Assembly (NCBI RefSeq): GCF_964204865.1
Contig: NC_135251.1
Coordinates: 13,144,001 to 13,208,000, forward strand
Reading direction: 5' to 3'
Source of the DNA: Styela clava
Lineage: Eukaryota
Length of the DNA stretch: 64,000 bases
The notes beneath the pieces were generated by a model. That model worked only from the letters and a program-made list of their open reading frames with translations. It was not told the origin of the DNA and did no database searches. A program made the translations under genes and the position numbers. This document shows, piece by piece, positions 38,762-50,299 of this stretch (its first letter is position 1; each line of letters starts with the position of its first letter).

Positions 38762-40843
38762 TTAATGAAGGGAAACCATGTCGGTAAGAGTCTGGTCCAG
38801 TTTTTCGCTGATGCCTTTGTACGACAATTTCTCGGCGTAGAGTTGATCTGAAGAATAATAAAGAAATAAATTAATATAAGTAATCGCCTTGCGTTTGAGT
38901 GTGTTAAATTTATTTATAATGAAAATCTCCACAGCCTATTTCGAATTTAGTAGTAAGTATAAGTTCGACTTTTTCGACTGAATAAGTAACAAAATCATAG
39001 ATTGGAATTAGGAAATCAATCACAGATGACGTACCTTCAAGATAATCGATGGTCTTTTCCAACTTGTCGACAGTTCTTTCAGCAAATTCAGCTCTGGTTT
39101 CAGCCTAAATAAATATTTACATCAACTTTTATTTATCAATTTGCAACAAAATTATACAAGTTACAAATCGTTGTATTGTCAAATATTTTGAGTTTTTCGG
39201 ATCATTATGAAATGTCTTAAACTTACGTTCTTCAATTTTTCTGAAAGAACACGAATTTCTTCTTCATATTTATCTTCTTGCTCAGAATTTTTGACAGAGA
39301 TTGATTCCATGTTTCTCAAAGTTTCTTGAAGTCCTTTCAATTGTTCGTCAGTGTGCTTCACTTTACTGTAACAAGAATTTAAATATTCACATTTGCGGTC
39401 AGGAGAACTAGATATAGGGCGATAAACAGCCTTCGTTTGAATAATCGAAAAATTCTTGAAAGAATATTTTGCCTGAACGATCAAAATTTGCTATTTCCCT
39501 GAAAGTAGATGTGTAATAAAATGGTCCCCGATGTCAAAATGTACGAATTAGTATAAATTACCAATTGTTTATCCTTTTTCATTGTCTATCATTTAATTAC
39601 AATCATGAAATAAAATTTGATTACTCACGTCTCATGTTCTTCGGCACGGTCGGTAACACGTTCCAAATCGTTTTCAACCATGCGAAGTTTTCTGCCGACC
39701 TAAAATATAGATTCGGGTAATATATATTATTATTCAAACTATTTCTGAGAAGTGTTAAAGATTTTACACACTATCATCGTCTACTTATATATCATTGAGA
39801 ATCATTGTATTTGTTAGCCCAAGTACAAATGACTATCGCATTAACTTCTAATATTCTGTGAACTGCGCTAAATTTGTCACGTTTAGATTACAATATGTGA
39901 TGATACGTAGTAGCCTATGTTCTCACCTCTTCATATTTTCTGTCAGCATCTTCAGCAATAGCTTTAGCATCACGAAGTTGAATTTCTTGTAATTCCAAAG
40001 TTTCTTCATCCTTGAATGATCTGCTTTCAATAAGTTTTCGGCCACGTTCACTTTCTTCGGCTGCCTTCTCAGCAGTTTCAAGTTTAGTGAGGGTTTCGTT
40101 CAATCGTTCAGTTACTCTGGCTAATTCTTCTTCAAGAAGTTGCATACGACGAGTTTGTGCGTTCACTTCCAATTCAGACTGCAAAACCAAATTGAAAGGA
40201 TTAAATCATGAAAAACGTTGCTGCTCGATATTTGGATTCTGACAGTAAATTAAATTGTATTTTTATAATTTTATTTATTCACTCTCATATCTTCTTGTGG
40301 CCATTGTAAAAACAGAACAACCAACGTAACCAAAGATAACGTAATAAGCCTAGTAAATATATGCTGTAATATTTTAGGAAGCGTTAACAAATTTTTGTAT
40401 CTTTTGCTGTATATATTTGGTTTCACATATTTTACACGGCTTTACATGTCTTTATACATATTCCGGATAAAAGGTTTGAATTTTACTCACATCAGTGGCA
40501 ACTTTTGAAGCAGTTTCGACTTTTTCCAGTGATTCTCTGTTCTGTTCCATAACTTTGTCAAGTTCATCTTCAAGATTGGTGATTTTGCGGGTGATGGCGT
40601 TGATTTCAGATTCAAGCTGTAAAACAAGTTTTTAATTCATAAACAAAATCGTATGAATTTATTGTTTTCAAAATTGATAAGACATTTTCTAAAATTCTGA
40701 GTTTACATTAGATTCAATGCCTAACTTACCTCTTTGGCTTTGTTTTCCAAATCTTTCTTTTCGTTTTCTTGGTTGACTGCTTTTTCGACAGCTTCGTCCT
40801 TTTCACGGATTAATCCTTCCATTTTGTGCTTGATGGATTCCAT
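38762..40843 (-). CDS. TPM: Tropomyosin copy B, 285 aa (283/285 identical to copy A)
   Basis: Exons 40730-40843, 40491-40616, 39927-40178, 39629-39699, 39227-39365, 39035-39104, 38762-38847; all GT-AG and in frame. Confidence 0.95.
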
Positions 40844-40935
40844 TTTGTTTTAGGGTTTAGTGAATTACACAACAAAGAAATTCGATACCGGATGGCGAAG
40901 GAAGAAATGATATATCTTTATCGACTGAGAGCGGG

Positions 40936-40996
40936 TTTATATACTGATGGCCGCGCTTTTGGAACAGCGCATTATCACCAAACGCGAAGTGTGAAA
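40936..40996 (-). promoter_or_regulatory. TATA box (40936-40943) and putative T-box site (40987-40996) of tropomyosin B
   Basis: Same motifs and spacing as copy A. Confidence 0.55.
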
Positions 40997-42608
40997 TACG
41001 CAAGCAGTAGTTTCGTGCTACCTTAGCGCTAACATCTGTTCATTCATTTGTTTTCGCCCATTATCATTCTACACAACTTATTGAAATGCTATTCACCGAA
41101 CATAAAAAAGTTGGCAGACGATCGTGGTTAATTTCTAATTTAAGAGTATGTCACTGACCTTCATGAAATATATTATATTAAAATATTAATTCAATAATCT
41201 TACACAAACTGTAGAATCATAACGATGTATAGAGAAGTAGTATATATATTATAAAGCGATTGTCTATTTTTAAAAGATCATTATACTTCTCCTGACGCAC
41301 GGAAGTTTGAATATACTGTACCACGAATCCGATGAAACGTTTTGAGATTTACTGCGTCACCTATTTGTATTTTGAATAACAGTCCTTGATTCATTGGGAC
41401 ACGCACTATAACAACCTTGACTGTTTATGAAATTTTACAAAAATTTATCTCACGCGAAAATATAAATCACGATTTCCATAATTTTAATATATACTGTATA
41501 CCATTTATACATGTATACCACCGTATATCATTTTTGAAATATTATTTTGGGCACACTCCGGAAAGCTGGTCGTTGAATTAAGCGTATATTCATATATATT
41601 TAAAATAACATGAGCACATGTGTTCTTTAATTGTAACTTGTCGTTACGTGTCGCAAATCAAACAAAAAACCTTTCGCTGTAATATTTTCGTCAGAATTTT
41701 GGTAGTGCATTATATTTTATCTAAATCTGTAGGCATCACTTTTAGGCAATACCAGCTCTTGCTTCATTAGTGATTGCAAAAACTTGGTCCACTTCTAAAT
41801 CATCGGAAATACTTTGCATCCATTTGTTTTCTATCAAATGTGTATGCATGTTTTTGCGTGATTTAAATCGCGTTGGAGATATTTTCAGTTTTACATCACT
41901 AAATTAAAGCACTGTGTACGTAAGAAACATAATACAGTACCAAACACGATAAGAACAATCAAATTTAAAACACGGATTTGCAACGGGTGCCTAAATATAT
42001 TTAATACAGAAGATCTCCAATTTAGATTTTGTTATGAAAGCGCAAAGCATTTTACAAGCGCGGGGGTGAAGTCCCGTGGACTCAATTAGGTCGGCGTGGA
42101 TTTGAATCAGCCAATTTCAAAACACATTTTATTTACAACCTAATTTATATACACTATCTCACAAAATCCACCAAAACTAGCAAGGTCGTGTAGTCGAAGT
42201 CTGTCGTTTTTATTATTATTTCAATGTAATACTTCACTAGTTGGAGTTTCCGGAACTGGACTAGAAATAACTCTTGCCAATGATAGAATTTTCATAAACT
42301 GAATATTTGTATTTCCGGGTAGGAACTGAATTTCTTTCATCCTTCAGTTGCAAAGTCAAATTTTCCTGTCAATCGATAATAAGAAGGACCCTTTCTTCAA
42401 TTCCATATATATACTTGTGTTGGTGATGTGAATAATGTGACATCCAAAACAATTTAAATAGAGAGAAATGATGAGATATTTGTGAAATTTAATATGGTCA
42501 TGCAATCTTTTGATATCCATTTTCATAATATAAATGTATACATAAACAAGCAATTAGAAATAAAAATGCCGTTTTATTTCCTGTTTGGAAATCGTTCTAT
42601 GCTTCGTT

Positions 42609-45111
42609 TTACTTCAGAGTGATCATGTCGCCAAGAGTCTGGTCAAGTTTTTCACTGATTCCTTTGTATGATAGTTTTTCGGCTAACAGTTGATCTGAAA
42701 TATAAACAAAAAATACAATATCACATGGTAAAATAAAAACCTATTCATTGCTTTATAGAATTTAACACCAAGTGACAGGACAAATGTCACGTTACCTTCT
42801 AAAGAATCGATAGTTTTTTCCAGTTTGTCGACAGTGCGTTCAGCAAATTCAGCTCTTGTTTCGGCCTGTGAATGAGAAAAATGGATTCAATAACTCCTTG
42901 AAAATAAACAAATCCAAAAAAGTATCAGACATAAAACTGAAGCAAAACCTCTCAGAAGTATAGTATCTGTATCTGGTGTTATCTTCGTCGCTATCATATT
43001 CAGCATATCCACATATATATATAACTACTCACATTTTTCAGTTTCTCCGACAGAATTCTCATTTCGTCTTCATATGTATCTTCTTGTTGTGAGTTCCTAA
43101 CTGCCTCATTTTCCATCCGTTTTAGTTTTTCTTGCATCGCCCTCAATTGTTCTTCTGTCTGTTTCACTTTCCTAAAAAAGAAACGTCGTATTCCGTCGTA
43201 TGGTTAATGATTGCGCATAACCAACGCTATGTCGTTAAATTTTCCTATACTTAACTGTACAACATCACAAGTAAACCATTCGGACTAGCTTGTTATCGTA
43301 TATATAGGTATACAGTATCGAGAATTATATACAGCGTGTAATACCTAGTAGCATTCTACATATTGAGTGATTATACGGTGCCTAACTTGTAGCGAAGGTG
43401 TTCAACAACTTATATATTTACAAGAGGCCGTGGTTCGTCATATGATTAAACCCCCCTTCTCGGCTGTCCTTTCCCCCGGGATAAATATGCAAATCCTGTC
43501 CTATCCTACGGTGGAACGTTTTTGAAATTCCTCTTCGTAATTCGTACATTTCGTGTCAGCTACATCGTTTAGATTGATAATTCCAATCGACACAAAAGAG
43601 CAGATATTTACAATGTACATAACCTAAGTATGATTCTTACTTATTGTAGTTTGAAGTATATGCGTTAACTATATATTTTCAAATCTTTGGTAAATTAAAT
43701 TAATTTCATACTTACGTTTCGTCTTCTTCAGCTCGATCAATAACTCTTTCCAAATCATTTTCCACCATATGAAGCTTTCTGAGAACCTAAATACGAAATA
43801 AATATTGAGATTTAAACAATCAGATACACGAAACTATGTTTTGCCAAACGGCATTTGGTAAAGTTTGAGACCAGTTTTACCGTTCGCTATATTTTTTTGG
43901 TTTTTATAAATAATACGGCCTCGGAACTATACCAGCGTCAATAAGTTATATTGACTGAAAATCATTTTTAAAATAAATATTTAATCTATATATATATTTT
44001 TCGTGTAGGCCTATCAGATGTAGCAAGTTTAAAGAATTGCGGGCTGCCTATATTATAACATATTTATAGATAGTTTTGTATGTATACTTCATCATATTTC
44101 CTGTCAGCATCTTCTGCAATTGTTTTCGCATCTCGTAGTTGAATTTCTTGCAGCTCCAATGTTTCTTCATCTTTGAAAGATCTGGCGTACAATGTAATGT
44201 ACAAACTTGTTCAGTCAACTGTATTCCAAACTAATATATATAGCTATTATTGGCATAAGAAAGTTTGGGATAGTTTGGGCTTCTATCTTCGCGTTCAATA
44301 TTACATATAACTATGGCGGGGACAGAATAGAAACTTCAGGTTATGCCAACACCCATTAATTGCTATGATTTCTTGTATTGGTGATGTGAACAGTACTCAA
44401 TTTGATCCTATAGTACTTCTAGTTAAGTAAACCTTGATTCAATAGCTTTCCTTCCCAATTCACTTTCCTCGGCAGCTTTTTCAGCAACTTCCAATTTTGC
44501 CACCGTTTCACTGAGTCGATCATTGACTCTGGACATTTCTTCTTCAAGCAGTTGCATTCTCCTGGTTTGTGCGTTGACTTCAAGTTCAAACTAAGATACA
44601 ATCAAAATTGTTCATTGTTATCTTTTTTAATATATATATGTATCATTCATACGGCATAGTTTGATACTGTAAATATTTAATGTACACATTTTCAAACACA
44701 TTTTTGCTTCCAAGTTGTGATGTTTTTAAACAGTAGTAACATAATATATATATATATATAATCGTATATATTCATTTTTAACGAATGACTCACGTCTGAT
44801 GCTGCTTTTGCTGCGGTTTCCACACTTTCCAGAGATTTTCGATTTTTTTCTGTTACTTTATCAAGTTCATCTTCAAGAGTAATGATTTTCTTCGTAATGG
44901 CGGTAATCTCACCTTCAAGCTGCACATGGAAGATATTTTAATTTTCTTGTTCGAAAAATAAATATTCATTTTGATTCAAACTGATACGTAGGTCTACCTC
45001 TTTAGCTCTATCTTCCATATCAGTCTTTTCCTTTTCCATTTCAATAGCTTTCGTTATTGCATCTTCGCGATCCTTAATCAGGCCTTCCATTTTGTGTTTA
45101 ATGGACTCCAT
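42609..45111 (-). CDS. TPM: Tropomyosin copy C, 285 aa, divergent paralogue with an extra intron
   Basis: Exons 44998-45111, 44794-44919, 44433-44590, 44088-44181, 43716-43786, 43033-43171, 42796-42865, 42609-42694; ends [28 protein letters not shown]; TATAAAA at 45159-45165 (-). Confidence 0.93.
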
Positions 45112-45921
45112 AATATTTGTTTTTGGGCTCAGAAAATCGTTTTACTAAATATTTCCACTTTTATAATCTATAAGCTTCCGAAAATGAAAACCTTCCTGCT
45201 ATGAGGGCGCCGCAAAGATATTATACCAGGAGACCATTGCACAAGATACGGTCGTCTTATCCCAGCCACTGTCAAAGTAATTATCGAATTGTGACAAATA
45301 ACAGATTTTAACCAGGATAAGCATAAATGTAATGCGTAGTTAGAAAGATAACGCCAGTATAGCAAACGTCATTCGGACATTGTAAAGAGAAGAAGGGAAG
45401 AAGCCAGAATGATTTCGACGGCCTTCATTTCTAATCGAATGTTATTTATAACTATGGCCACGCCTACGGTATGTCGCTGAAGGGGATTTGAACAATTTCA
45501 CAATTGAAACAATCTGACTAAATTGATGTTAGGGGTAAATTTCCATGTTGAAAATTTTGGCCATTATGTGGTAAATGAGATGGAAGTGCTGTGTAGATTT
45601 GCTGATGCTCGGACAATTGTGTTAAATACTTTTCATCAGCCTTTCGCATGCTAAATTTTGAAAATAAAAATGATGAAAAAGAGAAATCACTTCGGGCTAA
45701 TTATGTGGAAAGTCACGGGGAAATTCTACGCCCACAGCATATATGCTTGGCATCGATCAATATAGGATAAAAATATCGCTACGTGAGTTCTAGGCTACTA
45801 AATACCAACCCCTATATGTTGATGAGCTACTGAGGACCCGGAGGAAGGTAAACAAGCTTTTGCAACTTTGGAAAGGCTATCAAATGAAAGATTTCGCTGT
45901 CATGTCCTAACCTCTTATTTT

Positions 45922-46129
45922 GGTACTCCCGTAGTGTGTGTACCAGGTTAGGCCATAATTTTATTCCGATGTTCCTTATTTTAGTTCTATTACGAGTTCG
46001 GGGACTGTCTGTGTTAGCTAAATGAATATACCCCATTCCCATAGGCTTCAGTTTATTCACACAGCTTGATGTAAAGTAAGCAAACAAAATTAGTTACCTC
46101 CATATTGGTACACGCACTTCTGAAGCGCC
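45922..46129 (+). mobile_element. Copy of the ~210-bp repeat family
   Basis: Matches the 17418/25155 family. Confidence 0.65.
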
Positions 46130-46380
46130 CTTCTTACCTATCGATCTTAGGATCGGTAAGTAACTCGGATGCACTCGGATCTACTCGGATGCACTCGGAT
46201 CTATTATCATATTGTCCCCTTTTTTTCAGTTTTTCACGCCGTTTAATTTTTACTATCTTTTTATTTTTCTACTCTATATATATGCGATAGTGTACTCTTC
46301 ATATCATGCCCTGAAGTTTTTCTGAATAGAAATTCGAAACGTCGGCAAATTATATCGTTTTGCTATACACCGGTTGTGCT

Positions 46381-46746
46381 TTATTTATCTTTGACACGAT
46401 CGGTAAGTATGTCGATAGGTATTTGTCTGTTTGTCTGTTAGATGAACGCGATATCTCACGAAGGCGAGGTTGAATCTGCTCCAAATTTTGTATGTGCATT
46501 CATCATATCTCGGACCAGAAGCCTATTGATTTTGGATGAATTATGTCGTATAATTAGCGTTATCAATTAGTTAATATTTAATTAGTGATAAGACACGCGG
46601 TGTCACTATAGATTTATGAATTATGTCGTATAATTAGCGAGTTATTTAATAATTAGTGATTGGACACGCGGTGTCGCTATAGAGTCATGTTTGAAACCGC
46701 AGTTTCGATCGATAAGTCTTCGGTCTCCGAGCGATATTCTCGTTTT
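46381..46746 (+). mobile_element. HINE/Helentron-like (DINE-1-type) element
   Basis: (TGTC/TGTT) microsatellite, internal ~80-bp tandem repeat, 3' hairpin followed by ctcgtttt; end shared with 1-327. Confidence 0.6.
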
Positions 46747-46842
46747 AATATTACACCAATATATGCGAGTTTGATCACATTGGAGTCATTGGACACGCCG
46801 CTAAAAAGTCGCAGATGTTTACTTTGGCAAGCGGCACCGTAC

Positions 46843-47750
46843 ATCAATCAATCAATCAATTTTATTTCGGTCGGTATAAAACGAAACAAAAACAATAACA
46901 AACGAACAAACACAAAACACAGAGGACCTGGAGGACGGACATAACTTAAAGAAAAGTTAAAAACGTGAAAATAGTCAAATAACACAATAAAACAAAAATA
47001 CACGATACAGAATCGGGCAATAACTTCAAATAAATAAATTTATGAATAACAGTGACAACAATGAGTTTATTTTAAAGAGGGGTCATACAGATAAAAAACA
47101 TCGTTTTTATGTGTAACAAGAAAATGAAGTGATTGTAGGAATAACACTGCAAATGGTAAAGGAAAATTGTGATTAGAAAAAACAGGTCGCTTGAATGAAG
47201 ACTTTGTTCGAACATTAAATGACTGATAAAACTTGTTGAAAGAGGTGCTTTTGGGTGTTGACCAACTAAAAAAATAGTGCTGTGATGGTGTGGTGTTTAT
47301 AATAAACTATGTTAAAATCTTAGGCAAATTGGAAAGCTATTCAGTGCCTTTCAGTGGATCCTTGTTTAATGTTAAAGAGTCATTTGAACATAGAAAAATG
47401 AAGCGCCTGAACTGGGGCAACAGTTTGAACATAATGTGAGATGGAGCCAATATGATTTCGAACCAGCTCTCCAGCCCTGCTTGCACTGAAGTTGAAATTA
47501 TCAAGAGTTGAAAGAGTCCAATCTTAAGAATTTTATGGTCTACCATATTTTAGAAATTGAAATCCACCATCCCAGGGCAGAATCATTGTATCCGTTCCAA
47601 TGCTTCCAACATTAATATCGAATTTCCACGAACGACCTACATTTTTCGAAAATTTACAAAGTTCATTCAAATTAATCGGGTGATTATAAGAAAAAGGGAC
47701 ATTTATCGATTCGCCAACTAATAACAATCAGTAAATCATTCTTCTGCGAG
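46843..47750 (-). mobile_element. 3' fragment of a decayed LINE (L2/CR1-group)
   Basis: Minus-strand AATAAA followed by an (ATTG)n tail at 46843-46866; weak RT-like remnant LNELCKF...WKFDIN. Confidence 0.4.
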
Positions 47751-47959
47751 GAAAGTTTCTTGAAAAGGTTCTGTACGAATGATGACCGATGGCAAGTGAG
47801 AAAGTATTCTCGCTCATTTTGTTCAGACTGTTGCGCAATTCGTTTGTTTACACGACGTGAGCGTTGAAGAACAAGCGCAGGCTGGTAGGTATGTGGTAGA
47901 TACAGAGATATCAAATAAATATATAGAGTATAGACAGTAAGATCGCTGATGTTCTATTG

Positions 47960-48055
47960 TTATGAACTTATTGTTGCGTTACGGTATATGGTTAACGAGG
48001 AAGTAAATCCCGTTGACAATCCATGGAAATAAATTAGAGAAGCTTAAAGGTGAGT
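47960..48055 (+). other. Putative non-coding first exon ending at a strong donor (AAG|GTGAGT, exon end 48049)
   Basis: Consensus donor upstream of BAG1 and LIPE; exon start not determinable. Confidence 0.4.
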
Positions 48056-48342
48056 AGTGTGTGCGCCACAGACATTAACTTGCATCACTGTTGTCTGTTG
48101 ATGTGTTGCGGCCACCACAGTATTCTGGTAATACAGTAATAAGGCTTGGACTTACCCAATAACTGCTGAACCGATAGATAACAAAAAAATATAGAGAAGC
48201 AGGGACTCTTGGCAGAGAGTCTTTGTTGCAAAACTCATTTCAGCATTTAACCGAATACTAAAATAGCCTACTTCAAATTTTATTGTGATTTAGTGGGAAA
48301 ATGATATTTAGTCAAACTTTATTTTTGTACGATACTTCAGAG

Positions 48343-48538
48343 CAGTGGTTTTTAGCCGAGTTTCGTGGCACCCTAGTCCTGTAGTCTTAGGGTTCTGCTA
48401 GTACTGCTGTACTGTCTGACTGTCCAGTAGTTCTATAATTTTACATTCAAATCCGAGAGTTAGATACAGACCTAGTTCGCCGAGTGTCCGAAACCTTTTA
48501 TTGAAGTTCCGCTCAACCAAAAAGGCTGAAAATCACTG
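48343..48538. mobile_element. Short hAT-type MITE
   Basis: CAGTGGTTTTTAGCC...GGCTGAAAATCACTG termini; TSD not clear. Confidence 0.5.
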
Positions 48539-48735
48539 ATTTACACGATTACTATAGTTCAGTAGTTCATAAAATGTTATGAAGTCTGGAAGTTGTACTT
48601 GGTGTTCTATTTTACAAGTTTTTCTCTATATTACAAATAGCATTACATCTCCCAACACTGGATTATAGTTCTGAAATCATATTCATTTGTTGCTTCGTTA
48701 AATAGCATAAAAATTTCAGTAGCAATAAAATAAAA

Positions 48736-49299
48736 ATGGATCTAATATTAGTTCATGGTGCTACTAAACATCTAGTTCATGTTGAAGATGATTCAACTGT
48801 TGATGAATTGATGACACTCGTTACAGAAAAAACACAGATTCCCAATTTCAACCAAAAACTTATATATAAAGGAGTTGCCATTTCAAAAGACAACGTTAAG
48901 TTATTAAAAGAATTTAAAATAAAAAATAATTCGAAAATTATGGTTATTGGTCAGAGGCATGATCCTGAAGAAGAAAGTATTTTAAAAAAATTGGGAGAGA
49001 CAGAGAAAACCGTTGAAAAAATGAATTCAAGTGTTGCGGAATTGAATTCTGATATCGACAGTGTTAAAAAAGGATTTATGGAGAAGTCATTACTTTCAAA
49101 ATCAATTGAACGTCTTCAAAAAATTCTTTTGAAATATACGGAAGATGGAATGCAAGCTATGGAATTTTTAGATGGAATGAAAATTGACGAAAAGTTTAAA
49201 GATGCTCGGTTAAAAAAGAAAAGTTTGATAAACAAAATTCAATCAATTTTAGATAAATGTGATATTATATCTGATAACTTATCAACAGCCAACAGTTGA
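48736..49299 (+). CDS. BAG1: BAG family molecular chaperone regulator 1 (ubiquitin-like + BAG domain), 187 aa, single coding exon
   Basis: N-terminal UBL (QKLIYKG...KIMVIG), DPEEE linker, BAG helices with MEFLDGM and RLKKKSLINKIQSILDKCD. Confidence 0.9.
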   Translation: MDLILVHGATKHLVHVEDDSTVDELMTLVTEKTQIPNFNQKLIYKGVAISKDNVKLLKEFKIKNNSKIMVIGQRHDPEEESILKKLGETEKTVEKMNSSVAELNSDIDSVKKGFMEKSLLSKSIERLQKILLKYTEDGMQAMEFLDGMKIDEKFKDARLKKKSLINKIQSILDKCDIISDNLSTANS

Positions 49300-49352
49300 T
49301 AAACAGTCAAATGTTTTTATTGGTGAAACATACTGAGGTATATTCATCAATT

Positions 49353-49803
49353 GGGTCTCGTGTAGTTTCGTACCTCAAGTACTTCTAGCGGGCGTAGCAT
49401 AAAAATTTTTTGATATGTCAATCCTAACCCCCATCTGACTATGCCATCCAAAAATTACGTCACTATGATATCACAATCACGTCATAGAGCTTGCCAAATA
49501 TACGTACGATCGCCCGAAATAGCATATGCGCTGACGATAAAGAACTGACTGACATTATCGATCTCTCTCCTATTGGAATCGTTGCGACAAGAAAACGAGA
49601 GAAATAACTGTTCGATTTCGGGTGCTCGTTTGCGCGTCTTGGATGGCAGTTCGTATAGTTTGAAGGTCTCTATTACGTCACTGTGACGTCGTAATGACAT
49701 AATTTTTGGATGGTGTAGTCAGATGGGTGTTAGGATTGATACGTGAAAAATTGTCATGCTACGCCCACTGGAAGTATGTTGGGTACGAAACTACATGGGA
49801 CCC
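49353..49803. mobile_element. Merlin-like MITE, copy 2, 54 bp after the BAG1 stop
   Basis: GGGTC...GACCC termini, ~120-bp TIRs, perfect 8-bp TSD CATCAATT. Confidence 0.85.
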
Positions 49804-50299
49804 CATCAATTATCAGAAAGCATTTTTCTGTATGAACCATCATATGGTATTGTGGTAGTAGCGAAGCAGGCTTTTTTGTATGCAATGCATGTTTTACTCT
49901 GAGCAAGGCTCACACAAGCAGCCACTGCTACGGAGGGAGCTACTATAGTTAGAAAGTTCGACATGGCCTGCCTATTTCATTCGGCCCTCTTTTCGATGTT
50001 GGTGGATTTGAATCCGAAATTTCAACTATTTTCACATTTCGGCCTCGAATTGGCCCCATTATTTAGGGATTTATAAGCAAAGCACGTCCTCAGTTTCACT
50101 AGATCATAGGATATCAATTGCAAAAATTTTCTGGAATGATTGTTTTCCCTCAAGTTCAGTATTGTTCTGTTTTAATTATAGTAAAGGCAATTATTGATTT
50201 TCGCTGCTGTATTATTCTATTATCATATGTTGCTATTTAGATGACTTTTAGATAACAAATAGATTAAAATGTATGATATATAAAGGCTGTAACGACAGG

